Origin: Coniocarpon cinnabarinum
Taxonomy: Eukaryota
Reading direction: 5' to 3'
Assembly (NCBI GenBank): GCA_051942205.1
Contig: JAVECO010000033.1
Span: forward strand, 1-64,000
Length of the DNA stretch: 64,000 nucleotides
Part shown: piece after piece, positions 33,874-46,205 of the stretch
Layout of the letters: each line of letters opens with the position of its first letter
Position numbering within the stretch: position 1 is the first letter of the stretch
Notes under the pieces: model-generated
The model's input: only the letters and a program-made list of their open reading frames with translations
Databases searched by the model: none
What the model was told of the DNA's origin: nothing
Translations under genes and position numbers: made by a program

Positions 33874-34867
33874 ATGTCGCTCGAGAAGGAGCCTATTTAC
33901 ACCAAGCTCGAAAGTCATGACTTGGAAGATGATTCTCCACCACGAGCGCTGCTCCATGAATACAAATCAGTGCAAACTTGGAAAAGAAGGTTCTACTGGC
34001 TTCTGGGGACCTCTGTCATCTCTATTGTGACGACATCATTCATTTTGTTGGGTATCATCTTCACCCAGTCTACTGCGTCCCAAATGGGAGACGTTAAGTT
34101 GCCATTTTGTACGTATTGTCGGACGACATTTCAGACGATGAAGATGACTAAACCATACTTAGCCCCTGCAGAAGGTCATGTCAGCTATGTCAACAAATTT
34201 CTCACAGACGATCCGTCATCAGCGAAGTTCATGGGTGAACCAAGACCCGAGCTGGATGAAGCCTGGCATGACCTCTTGCAAGGTAAAGCCATGATCAACA
34301 GAGAACCCTTTTGTCCATTCAAGATACGCTAAAGCCTATCTTAGGGACGATGATCAGGATCAGTGACAAAGAACTACTGGAAGTAGGTAATGTCACGTCC
34401 GCCAAGTATGACTTGGGAGGATATGTTGGTGGGCTGGGTATTTCCCACAATCTCCACTGCCTGGTCAGTTTGACCAAACTTCATATAGGTTCTTCACTGA
34501 CTGCGAGATCACAGAAGCGCATCAAGCAATATATGTATCCTAAATATTACTATTCGGATGGGCCGCAGGACTGGGAGGAGTTGCAAGCGCATGCTGGTGA
34601 GTCTGCGTACCTATTTTTTCCACGTCGTGCACTGACATTCAGAACGCAGAGCATTGCTTAGAGGGCATACGGCAATCGGTTATGTGCCAACCGGACCTGT
34701 CCGTGTATATGATGGAGTGGACCTCCCACAGCCGTGTAAAGCCAAACGTGAGAGTGCCTCAACCCCATGCCTGCGTTGACTGGGGCAGTTTGCACTCTTG
34801 GATGATCGATAGGGGTGCCAGTTGGGACCACTTGATGGATCCGCCAGAAGAGCTATACCAGTCTTGA
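33874..34867 (+). CDS. DUF3328/UstYa-like oxidase, 5 exons (33874-34108, 34163-34282, 34345-34463, 34515-34596, 34650-34867)
   Basis: N-terminal TM helix; FMGEPRPELDEAWHDLL; two HxxHC motifs (HNLHCL and, across a splice junction, HAEHCLEGIRQSVMCQPDL); PHACVDW. Confidence 0.92.
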
Positions 34868-35712
34868 TATTGCTTACCGCTTGACTGCATGGCACCTCAG
34901 TCATCAATACGGACAGCATGACAATGGATGAATTGTATGTGAAAGCTGAGAGAACGCCAGTCAAGCTTTATTCTTAGAAATATTGTTATCGTTTCAGCCA
35001 CGCAATGGCATCAGCCGAAGGCACTTATAAACAGCTTGTTTTGCGATATTTCTACGATAAAGGAACGATACCATACAGTACCTGCTACCAGTAGCCCCGC
35101 GCATCCATTGTGCAATCTTTACTTAGACTGCATGTTTTTCTAGATGCTTACCACCATTTTAATACTTCCGTCTTACTGCCATTTTGCTGCTAAGCTAGCT
35201 GCCTAGTGGCAACTAGAGTTAAATGATTCAAGTACTGTGATCAGCGAGCATTGGCAGTACCAAATGCAGCGTTCCTAACGAGTTGAATGACTCTGGTGTA
35301 AATACTAAGTCGTCGGCCTAGCATCGCGGAGCAGGCTCTACGCAGCGATCAATCATCTTCTCGTACCTTTAGAGTCTTTGCCCAGTAGGCCTTTGTGCCT
35401 CAGATGAGCAATGTTGGCAACGAAACCCTTGATAAGTAAGTTTAGGGCGCATTTCCTGACGATGACATCTCGCAGTGATGTCGTTTGTTGGGGCTGTAAT
35501 CGAGTTCTCAGTACACTGGAAGCAGCAGTCGTTACTAGGCAATTACATTAGGTAGACTAGTGATCACCAATGACGATCATCCAGGGAGCTTCTCGGACAA
35601 GCAAGAAATACTGGTCTCCAATATCACCCAGAGCAGCATGTTACCCGGACTCGAGAGTCCTTTACATCATTTGCCTTGAGTCCTCGGTATTGTTGCTTGA
35701 CTTCGAGCCATG

Positions 35713-37349
35713 CTAAATGTGGCAGGACTGACCCACTGACGAAGCGTGTTGACATTGTCTTTCCCCAGCCAAAATACCACCGATCAGATGCAAACACCCT
35801 GTCACAAACACATGCATGTGTGCGTGCTGCCGGCCCATCTCATGGACAACAGAAAATACCTTTTCGATTGTGGAAACGTTGGTGACCCGGGCGGAGCTCG
35901 ATGATGCCTTCCACATTTCGGCATAGCGATGGTGCATGTTTGCATGGCCGAAGTTGCGATCTGGCAGCCGAAGATTAACAATATGCAGTTTTGCATAGTT
36001 GTTCACTCTGACTTACCTTTTCTAAGACTGCCGTCTTCCCGCACACCATCATAACAGAATATTACATCGTCGAATAGAAGCTCTTTACTTTTGACGCAGT
36101 CAATCAAGCACTGCATCAGCTCCTGCCCGTCTCTTTCGGAAGAGATGTGGGAGAAGGCCAAAACTGAATGAGGTCTTTGAGATTCTTCGCATTTGGTACT
36201 GGGCGATGCGTCGAAGCTGTAAGATGGATCCCGAGTCTCTGATGCATACCACGAGATGGCTTTGCCGATGCTCATGAGATTATGTGCGCCGTCGAGGAAC
36301 CACTTGATATTGCCGCATTCTAGCTGTTGGAATCGACCTGGCAGATGCACAACGTCCAGAGCCTTGCTGACATCTGCGGATGTCAGTGCGTCTGAACCTG
36401 CCACTGTCTCAGACTGCAGATAGCATTGTACTAGCGCCTTTGCCAATGACAAATTCAAGCGCTGCACGTCATGCTGCAAGGCAGGATGCTCCAGTGGTAG
36501 ATCCGTATCCCTCTTCACAAATTGCAGACTTGTATGCGCCAATGCCGCGCGATGCGTAAGGACTGGTCGAGCGGCTTCAGGCTGCTCATCAGACGCAAAG
36601 GCAGGTGAATGCCGCTTAAAGATTCCAGCCTTGTGCCACGCAATGTCACTGATCGTGGGCCCAAGTTGAGCAACATGATCCATACCCAACGACGTGACGG
36701 CGGTCGCAACAGGATGCCGAAAGATGTTCGTAGAATCGTACTCACCCCCGTGATGCGTCTCCAAGACCGCAACTTGCACGCCTTCCTTAATGAAAGCATG
36801 GATACAAGCGAGAAGCATCAATTGCAAATACCGTGGCAAGGGTGGCATACTATCATCGGGAGTGTATTCCGGCGTGAGGTTATCCCAGACCTCAAAGATG
36901 TATTTCGTGAACTTATCCTTTGACATTTGTTCAGAGTTGATCCGGATCCTTTCGGCCTCCTCTCGCAAGGGCGGAGAAGTGTAGGAGCCATACTTGGTGG
37001 AGAATCCAGTGCGTCTGCTGTATGCTGCGAGGAGAGCCTCAGTGAAGGCGCAGGTGCTGCCTTTGCCAGTTGTGCCCGCGACGTGGATGATTCGAAGGTT
37101 GTCGATTGCTTCACTCTGTAACGGACAGCATTTAGCACTTCTTTGAGAGAGAGAATGCTGGCTCAAGTCAAGTTACCGAATGGCCTAGTTGGTTGAGCCA
37201 GACGCGCATGCCATTACAACTAGGTCTGCCTCCAACTGTAGGCCTGCCCGCGCGGTGTCTAGTCTTCAGCAGTGCCAAAGCGTCCTAAAAGAAATTAGAT
37301 ATCGCGACAAAAGTTTGCACGTAAGTATTTACCGAGTAGGTCCGCTCCA
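35713..37349 (-). CDS. Folylpolyglutamate synthase (FolC/Mur-ligase family)-like protein, 4 exons
   Basis: Spliced N-terminus MERTYS|DALALL; IIHVAGTTGKGSTCAF, ERIRIN, ETHHGGEYDSTN, LGMDHVAQLG...IAWHKAGIFK, LPGRFQ, WFLDGAHN, VTGCLHLIG. Confidence 0.85.
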
Positions 37350-37924
37350 TGGGTTTCCTGAAGTCTTCAAACACCAACGCAAAAAGTAGGTTGCCTATCA
37401 AAAGGCCGACCGTCTGATCCTGGCATGTTTCTGCAGCTAGATATGCATCCCTGACCGAGCCAGGACCAAACGGAACGTCAGGTCCCGAAGGAGGGAAGAC
37501 GTGTGAAACCTGTTGTTATTCGAGTGTCTTTGCGTTGCAGAATCCTGTACATGCAATTCTGGTCTTTCGACAACGTGTTTGAGACAAGATTGAGAAGGCA
37601 TCACGGACTGCACGTTGAGCCCAATGCAGCGAAGCTCGCGTTGACGCGAGTTGGATGTACTGAGCCGTAGACAGTAACACGTTCCTGTGTTCGATATGAT
37701 GTGAGTGCTTGACTGATCGGTGCGTCGTGGATCGGGGCGCTCTTGGTACTTAAAGATTAATTGCGGAAACTCTGAAGGACTAAAGTTGTTTCAGGCACGC
37801 GGTCTGCATTATGATCTGCTGTCATCGTTACTGCACGTTACCAATAAAGTAATGGCTATACCGTCGGCGCGTGCTGTTGACGGTCTCCTCATCCCATCAC
37901 CAACCACATTACACAGTCATCATA

Positions 37925-39115
37925 TCACAGTTGCACTTCATTTCCCACCCTCACTTCTTCACCAGGCTTGAAGGCAGGCAACCCGATGTAGGGACATCCG
38001 TCACACCTAAATGCATCACCGAGCGCACAATTTCCACAGCTGCCCACCTTCCCAGGTACTGTGAAGTCCACCTCCGCGAGATCATCTTCGCCCAACTTTG
38101 CCGTCTTCAAACCGCCTCCTGCATTAATCGTACTCGGTCCACTCGCATTCGGGCCCCCGTTGGCATCACTCGTCTTGCCCTCTCCATCGCCATCCAGCGC
38201 CGCAAGCGCTTTATCAGCTTTGGCCCGCTTTGCGGCGTCCTCGGCTTCAATACGCTGCGCCAAGCCACACGTACAGTCTTTACAGGCGCGCCGTCGCTTC
38301 TTCCGTCCGACGGGCTGACACTCGGCAGGTATGTTGACGGGTCTCTTCTTGTCTTCCTCCGTGAGGAGGCTGTCTTCGTCGACGAGGTCACCATCGGAGT
38401 CGTCGGCTACAGTGGCGTCGAGATCAATATCAACGTCGCCCATGTCAATGCCAACCCCTGGCGGTAATGAAGGCGGTGGAGCGGACGCGACTTCGAGTGT
38501 TGCAGGATCAAGGGAGGGGTCTGCCGTATTGGGGGCTGCAGTGCTCGGTGTGCCGTTTTGTTGTGTGGAGTCGAGCTTTTGCGCAATGTTGTCCTTAGCG
38601 GTCTTGCGGCCCAATTTGAGCGGAACGGCTGTCTGCGACTGAAGAGGTTTGTGCATGCCCCGTGGGTCAGCTACCAGGCCTGACAGAATAGCTTCGGTGT
38701 GCTCCGCGCTCTTATCGTCAGCAGCATACGTGTTGTCTTGACTTCGAAGTAGGCCACCGGGCTTCAGAGCCTCGAGAAGCTTAGTGAGTACCGTCCGGTC
38801 GAGGGCCGCAATGGACTCTTTTGTTGAGCCATTGGCATCTGAAAGGAGGAGTATGAGGTCAAATGTGGCCGCAGGAAGGGCGACAAGGCCCATCGAGAGC
38901 CGATCCAGCATTTGCACATCCGTATGTGTACGATCTGGGTAGTTATCTGAAAGGAAAGTGGATAGGATGGCTGGATGTGAGGCTAGGGACGGCGGAGCCA
39001 AGAGAAGCGTCCGCGACGTATCGGCTTTGGTGGCGCCATTGGTTGGAGCGGTGGCGGCGGATTGGGTGCGAAGGTCGTCTAGATCGTCAGAAAAGTCTAT
39101 GGATGGCGGCGCCAT
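37925..39115 (-). CDS. DRE2: Fe-S cluster assembly protein Dre2 (anamorsin)
   Basis: DVQMLDRL, RRRACKDCTCGL, GSCGNCALGDAFRCDGCPYIGLPAFKPGE. Confidence 0.95.
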   Translation of the reverse strand: MAPPSIDFSDDLDDLRTQSAATAPTNGATKADTSRTLLLAPPSLASHPAILSTFLSDNYPDRTHTDVQMLDRLSMGLVALPAATFDLILLLSDANGSTKESIAALDRTVLTKLLEALKPGGLLRSQDNTYAADDKSAEHTEAILSGLVADPRGMHKPLQSQTAVPLKLGRKTAKDNIAQKLDSTQQNGTPSTAAPNTADPSLDPATLEVASAPPPSLPPGVGIDMGDVDIDLDATVADDSDGDLVDEDSLLTEEDKKRPVNIPAECQPVGRKKRRRACKDCTCGLAQRIEAEDAAKRAKADKALAALDGDGEGKTSDANGGPNASGPSTINAGGGLKTAKLGEDDLAEVDFTVPGKVGSCGNCALGDAFRCDGCPYIGLPAFKPGEEVRVGNEVQL

Positions 39116-40539
39116 ATTCAGAGACAGGCGAAACGAGCAATCTGTGAGATGAGAACCAAGGCGAAGTGTTTGCGAATGGGAAGAACTGTGTTGTTCTTGC
39201 TGATAAATCTACAGGTCTACGTAACTCATATGTCACGATAGAATTTGTGCTCCGGCTTCGGAGACAGATGTCGCGAGGAGCAGCACGTGACTGTATAGTC
39301 AGGCAGGTAGTCACATCTCGCGAGATAAAGCTCTTTGAGGAGCAAGATAGTTGTAGAGAATTAGGTCGGAGTCTACCCAGAGTATTTACAGGTAAACATG
39401 AGCAAAACCCGCCGGAAGTCTTGTATCTGATAGCCGCCATGATCGCGCCGTCGTTTACCTGGACAGGCAGTCAGGTACGAGCGCTCCAATAATAAGACGG
39501 TACGCTAGCAGCTCTAGGCTGCCAAGACTCCGGGGTAAAAGTCCGGGGAAGTGCTGGCACGAAAGAGATTGCTTTTCATCTGATCCTACAGTTCTCTCGT
39601 AATAACTTGTGTGGACCGGTTGCAGGTGCATTTGAGTGCGCAAGCAGATTCACAACAAGCTGGCTTACCGACGCTGTACTTAAAGAGCAGCAATCCAAAG
39701 ATATTCGGGACCGTACGGCGTAGTGCGGGGTGTTCATCGAGATGAAAGGTGTCTGCTTCCTGGGCCAGAGCCCTTGCATCCAGTCCATAAGAGAGCTCGA
39801 CCCTTGGAATCATAGCAGCTAATTCTATTTCACTGCGGCTCACGAGCTATGCCGTGCCCGGCTGTACTGCTCAGGATACGCGCGGCCCAAGCTGAGCGCC
39901 AGAGTCGAGCTGAGCGTCTAAAAGGCTAGAGACGTTCGACGAGATTCTAAACCCCGCTTTGTACATAAGCACGCGACTGGCCCCTACACTCTGCCCCCTA
40001 ATCTGCCCTGTTATCACGACGATGAGAGAAGGATAGACAGATGAACCGTCAGGATACATAGTGGATTGTTTCAAACCACAGGGGACAAAGCTGGCACTGC
40101 GGCTGGGGAGAAATACCCCTCACTAGCATTCTCGGCCAGGCCCAAGAGTAAGCCAACGTCATGTCACGAGACCAGTTGCTTGTTTCCCCTTCTCGACCTT
40201 GTTTCATCGTCAACTCCATGCCCGCTCCTCCTGACAACTGTCCTTTGTACAGACACTGCATGTGCCTGGACTTTCTTACTGAACACTTGTACACTATCGA
40301 CGCTATTGTTGCGCTACCGCTGTAGCCATTGGCCCTCGTTGTTGGGTAGGTCACACCGATCACTGTTTACTAACAATGGCCAAATGCTCCCCTCTTCTGG
40401 ACTCCCTCATAACCCGTTCCCTGGCTTTTGCTGACTTGCACGTGAAGCTTCAACAGCTGCACTCGTCTTCGAGTAGGAATCATCAAGAACGACACGACCG
40501 CCTCTGCACATCCAACCTCTGACCTCGCCAAGGACCACC

Positions 40540-41132
40540 AGTAAGTCTGACGTTTTGTGCTGCGGGTAGGCAACAAGTTTGCTCATGCTACTGCAGTGAC
40601 ACGCACTCACAAAAACAATGACCGCGACCACGTTGGTCTTGCCAACGGCACCGCTGAAGCCGATCAGCACCTTCCGCGTTACTTTGGGAAGAGTGGGCAC
40701 AGCGACGCTGACCCAAAGGGCGTGAAGAAGTCTGGTGGTGGTAAGGGCAATTGGTTAGTGAAGCTCTCTACTCTTTCGCAGTGTTCCGAATGGAGTCTCC
40801 ACCCAGGCAAGGAAGAGCTTTGGCTGATCTGACTTTCTCGCAGGGGTGCGCCAGGCGACGAAGTTCGTGACCAAGGATTCAATCTTCACCGTTCACGTCG
40901 TCGATCCAATAGCTTTCACAGCTCTACCATGGACATCAAGACCAAGTTCGAGACCATTGAGCCTGAGCCAGTCCTCGAAGATGACATGCTTGAGGATGAG
41001 GAAATGGAGGCTGCATCTCACGCAGACAGTAAGGATGGAGATGGTGTCAGCCTGAATCAAGTCGATAGCGTTGCGAGCAAAGACAGTGCAGAGAGCGTCG
41101 ACAGCTTCGAAGGAGAATCAAAGAAGATGTAA
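40540..41132 (+). CDS. STF2/TMA10-like small hydrophilic protein, 3 exons (40540, 40597-40753, 40844-41132); ATG split by intron 1
   Basis: CCACCA|GTAAGT...CAG|TG gives MTRTHKNNDRDH...PRYFGKSGHSDADPKGVKKSGGGKGNWGAPGDE...RRRSNS...KTKFE. Confidence 0.8.
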
Positions 41133-41742
41133 GATGAAGAACGAGGAACCAACTGAAGTAGGCTCTTGCACAAGGCTATCTTGTTAGACCTTGTTGCTCT
41201 TACTTCGAGTGTATAACTAGAGATTGAGCCGAGCAATGTACGCTTGTAAGACTCCGCTCACTACTGGCCCTGTCGGACCCACGGTCGCAATGAAGAAAAC
41301 ATAACAAATGTTGAAAGTGTCCCTTCTCTCATATTCTGTTTTGTCTTGCAAGTAGATAGTCTTGTAGCTGGTCTCATGCAATTCTCATGCAATTCTAGCA
41401 CTGCAGCAGCAGCAGTCAGATTATGTGAGCGTTGCAAGCGCTGCAAGACGGTTCTTCTTGAATCTTCCAGGCCAACTAGGCTCAGTCTTGGCCATTTTTC
41501 TTGGTTTGTGGAGGACCAACTGTGCTCGTGAGACCTGGAAGGAAAATCGAACTTGCCTAATGAATAGAGCGACGACGCTTATGGAAGTTTTGCTGCAGTC
41601 TTATACTTTACCGCTTCATGATCAAGCCACCCTTGGAGCGTTACCTGTTTCCGCAACCCTGTGCTCAAATTTTCTATGTCGTACGGTAGAGAGATCATCA
41701 CCTCGAAGTGGCTGAGATCAGCACAGGAAACATCAAGATCGG

Positions 41743-42759
41743 TTAAATGCTCACCTGTGCTCCATCCTTCATCACCTCTCCAAGAATCAAAGTCCCATAC
41801 GGTAATTTCTCCCACTCAGGAAGAACTGCGCTTAGCTTCTTGGCCTCATTTCCCTGGCGATGGAAGGTCTCCGTAACCAATGCTACAACCTCCCTTTCAG
41901 CTTGTGAACCCTTCGGCGGGCGACGTTGTCTTAGAGGCATAGCACCCAGGAAGACGACCTCACCGTCGCTCTCTTTCATTACGGGCCCCGATATCCTTCC
42001 ATAATGCATCTCACTCTCAGACTCTGCGAATGCTCGCGGTGGTTCCTCCACGGGATACCATTCCTCATCAAGACTTCCAACGACAAGCTTTTTCCTTGGG
42101 GGCTCCTCTGACTGGCTCGCGATGTTCATCCCACGCAAGACCATTTTGTAATCTTGATCTTCTGTACGCTTGCGCTTTCTAAGAGCGCGATTTTCATCTT
42201 TGACTTGGCGTGCACTTACCGCCTCTGCGGCAGGACTGACCTCACCTGTACTACTAGCAAGAGCATTGGGCGGGTGGAAGCTCAAGGCTGATAAGTTACT
42301 GGCGAGTTGGTTGATGAACAGTGATTCACTTTCGGGAGCATCATTGGCTTCTGCAGGCAGGTCATCGGAGCGATTGTTTGAGACCGAGCCCTCTGATGGT
42401 TTGGGCGCTGCCTTCTGGAAGGCCTTGAAGCCCCAACTGTCAAACAACGCACACACCCTCGTAGATTCACCTCTTTTAGTCTCTGGACACTGGTGTTTGA
42501 ACCGCGCCGTACACCACCACTCTTCGGTGGAGGCGGCGGACAGCCCCTTTTGACAGACGAGTTTGACTGGTCCCTTGAAGCGCATGCGTTCTGGCAGTAA
42601 ATCGTGCATTTCGCGGCCCCGGATGCGGCTCAACTTGTCTCCAGCTCTCTTCGTACCTGGTGGGAGAGTCCAAGTTAGAGCCGGCACCTCGGCGATGAGT
42701 TTTGTCAAGTATTCGACCTCATCGTGTGAAAGGGTCATGGCGCCGGAGATTGAGGTCAT
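41743..42759 (-). CDS. Hypothetical protein (338 aa), family not recognised
   Basis: Long ATG-initiated ORF with protein-like composition and a basic NLS-like LRKRKR. Confidence 0.55.
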   Translation of the reverse strand: MTSISGAMTLSHDEVEYLTKLIAEVPALTWTLPPGTKRAGDKLSRIRGREMHDLLPERMRFKGPVKLVCQKGLSAASTEEWWCTARFKHQCPETKRGESTRVCALFDSWGFKAFQKAAPKPSEGSVSNNRSDDLPAEANDAPESESLFINQLASNLSALSFHPPNALASSTGEVSPAAEAVSARQVKDENRALRKRKRTEDQDYKMVLRGMNIASQSEEPPRKKLVVGSLDEEWYPVEEPPRAFAESESEMHYGRISGPVMKESDGEVVFLGAMPLRQRRPPKGSQAEREVVALVTETFHRQGNEAKKLSAVLPEWEKLPYGTLILGEVMKDGAQVSI

Positions 42760-45700
42760 GGACGCGCGAAGAGTATTACACTGATGAAGATTGTTAGCGT
42801 TCCAAGTTCCACATATCCAAGCAAGAAAGGAAAGTGTGCCCGGCGTGGGTGCAATGTGTCGTGAGAGGAGAAGAAGGAGTTATGTTTGAGAGCGATGTTC
42901 TAAGTATGCCTTTCACCGCTTATCTGCGGCAGCCAGGCACCCACCTACACCTTTGACCACTTTTTATCATGTGAGAGCGTCTTGGCTGCTTACATTGACC
43001 GCATGTTGACTCTGAGAAATCGAGATTGCCCCTGCTTCTCCCACACGACTTTCAACTTCATCTGGAAACAACGTTGCTCTTCAAATTGCATTCACGAGTT
43101 CAAAGGGCAGCGTGCAATCCTAAAATATCACGAGCAAGCACAGTCCAAACCGCGAGCAAGAGCTGCCGCAAACAATGGTAGCCAGTTTGCAGCACAGGAG
43201 CGCGAGTCGTCTCGAGACGATATCTTCGTTCGATCGACTGAGGTTTTAGAGCAAATAATGCGAAGCAACATGCTCATGTTCTGCGGTACCAATCCTTCAA
43301 GAGTCTGAGTGCTGTTTTACGCAGGATAGGAAGGAACCTAACTTCTAGTACTGCTCAAGAGTGTAGGACTACAGGCTGCTCTCACAGCAGGCATCCCGAA
43401 AAAGTGCAGTCCAAGACGAAGGACTTGGCATCCAGCTTTCACCGACCAGGCTCTACGCCTTGTTCAGTGACAAACAAGCATTTTGAATTCGGCTGAGGAC
43501 GGTGGGATGAAAGACATACGCGCATACGCATCTGGTTCTATCACATTTGAAGAAGAATCTCAGACAGTAGCCGCAGCGGGCGAGGACGAGACGCGCGGGG
43601 CGACAACCTTGAGCGCCTGCGTCTCATCAACGGGTGGTCGGCAAACAGAGAGTTGCAAACAGCCGCCGTACGAGACCGCTAGGCGCGAGAGGGAGCTCGA
43701 GCGGTCGAGGTTAGCGCCGCACAGCCGGCATGGGCACGAGCAACCTAAGCATGAAGCAAAGACCCAGCGGCGACAACGCGTCTGACGCCAACGGCTTGGG
43801 GCGCTAAGGAGTGCCTCGTTCCCAGCTGAAAGAGCGCCTTAGCGCTGCCAATCGCCCACTCGCTTGCCCCAATCGCCTACAGCCATGGCCTGCGCCCCTC
43901 GCCCACGTCCTGATAAAAGGTTGAAACCAAGAGTGAAGCGACAGGGGACATACGCACGGCCGCGGCGGAGGATTTCCATCCTCAACAAGGATTGACAAAG
44001 CGGACATGACCTTCCTCATGCGCAGACGCGCATCCTTGATGCGATACTGTGACACTGACACGGCAGCGTGCAGCTTCATTCCACATAGGTACTTTGTACT
44101 TGCGTGGCAATTCGCCCACCAGGTCCCCCAGATGATGATTGACCATGCTTGCGATTCAGAGCCATTTACCAGGTTGGGCACCTCGAAGTCAGGACTTGCA
44201 ATGATCTACACACCAATCGAAGCGACCCGTGCTAAGCCACGAGGATGCTTTGCATTCGACATGCTTCTTCATGTGAGATGACAAGCGTGGTTCGAGCGTG
44301 CAGCATGACTTCCAGACAGGCTCAGTGGCCCCACTGAGGAACAGCCCAAATACTCTTGTTGTCGGACGTTTGATGAGGCACACGGCCCTGCAACTCGAAG
44401 ACCATGCGCTGGAAATGCCTCGCTGAACTTGCACCGGACTCTCATTGGATTCCGCAGGAGCCAACGGCGCAGGAAAGAGGCAAAAGAGGGGAAATCTTGT
44501 CGTCGATCAGAGGAAGAGCGCGAGTGAGCCTAACGCGTTGCGGCCGCGCAGCGGCACCAAGTCGCCGCGCTAGGCATGCAGAACACGCGCTTCTGCACAG
44601 CGGGATGGTCTGATCGTCACCCACCCTCCGTACCTTAACCATCCACGTCCCCGTCATGAGTCGCCTTAGCTCGTGCCTCACCCCTGCAGAAGGTTTCCAG
44701 GCTCCAGCGAACCACAGGTCGTCCCAGTGCCCACGATGCACAGCGCAGTGACGCCGCATGAAATGGCGTTTGCGACGTCTGTTCGGTCACAGTCCCTCGG
44801 TGTGAGTGCGCCTGGCCTCGTCCAGAGCTCGCAGGTGGCTCTCCACACCAGCAGAGAAGGAACGCCCGGTCTGGAGAGGTGGCCGGTGCAGGCGTCTCGG
44901 AGGAGATTGCAGAGAGAGGTGATGGTCAGCCGCAGGATCGCTCGTCAGGGTCAATGAGGGCGCGTGCGAGAAGAATGGGGGGGCGCATCGAGGGAGCGCG
45001 TCCCGAACGGCTGGTCGGTTTGCAAGGCGCGAGGCAGACGAGGCTAGCTGGGCTACGCGAGAAGGCAGCATCCACGGCGTCTTTGCGTCTTGAGCGGGCG
45101 TGACTGCGTCAGTGGGTAGCGCCGTGCGCGTTGCCCAGCGCGAGGTCGTGCTGGGCGGCTACGCCGGAATTCCTTCTGCAGCCAATGGGCTGACCGGGCA
45201 CAGGCATGGATGGCGGCGATGGGAAGGGCGTGGGAGCGGCGTCGTGTCAGCGGCGAGCGTCTAGCACGTCTAGCAGGGCTAGCTTAGCGATACTGTACAT
45301 ACTTGATGCTCTCAAGCGCCCTCCATCCTCCTCCCCCGGCCGCTAGTGCGTCAATCGCCCTTCCGCAATCGCGCCCCCTCTTTCTCCTCCTGCTGGTGCT
45401 GCTGCTGCTCCTCCTGCGCCTCTGCTGCCCTGGCACCTGGGCATGGCAGTGGGCCCATCACAGCTACGGAGTACGACAGGGCCCGCCGGTCGTCTGCTCA
45501 TTAGTGCGGTGCCGCCGCGACGCTGGGCTATCCTGTCGTCTCCTCCGTTTTCTCTGTCCACGCGTGCACCTTGCGGTGTCCGTCCTGTCTGAAGCCGGTG
45601 CAGCACACAGACACAGACCCCCACGACCCACGACACACGACAGTGCACCAGCAACTACCGAGCCTCTCGCACGACGCGGCCTGAGTGCCACAGTGCCCAG

Positions 45701-46205
45701 TGACGAGTGACGGGCTTCGGAAGCTGCCGCGATAGGCGAGCGGGCCGAAGAGTCTCATCCAGAGAGCAAGCGACCGTGAGAATCACTCGACCTATCTGCT
45801 TGCTTCACCTTCGACTCTTCTTCTTCTTCTTCCTCTCTCCTCCACGCTCCACCGCGCCAGGCCTCCGCCGCAGTCCAAGCTACTCTTCCTCCGCGCCCCC
45901 TTTCCCTTCCTTCTCGCACTTTCAACGCCTCCCGTGTGTGCGCTTCCCTTCAACGTCGCGTCCGTCGCGCAACAACAGGACTTCTTGGCGCGCTTAACGC
46001 GCTCGACCGCGCCAAACGGTGACTGTGCCACCCACCTGTCGCCCTTACAGCGCGGCCTACAGACGAGCTTTGCGCTGCGTGCAGCTCCAGCGCCGAGCAA
46101 GCAGCGTCGTACGCACGCTCAGAGGTTCTCGTCGGCCCTGGCTGCTCCGATTGCGGTGTCGGCGGTGTCCACCGACAGCTCGCCGTCGACCTGGCTGCCC
46201 TAGTG

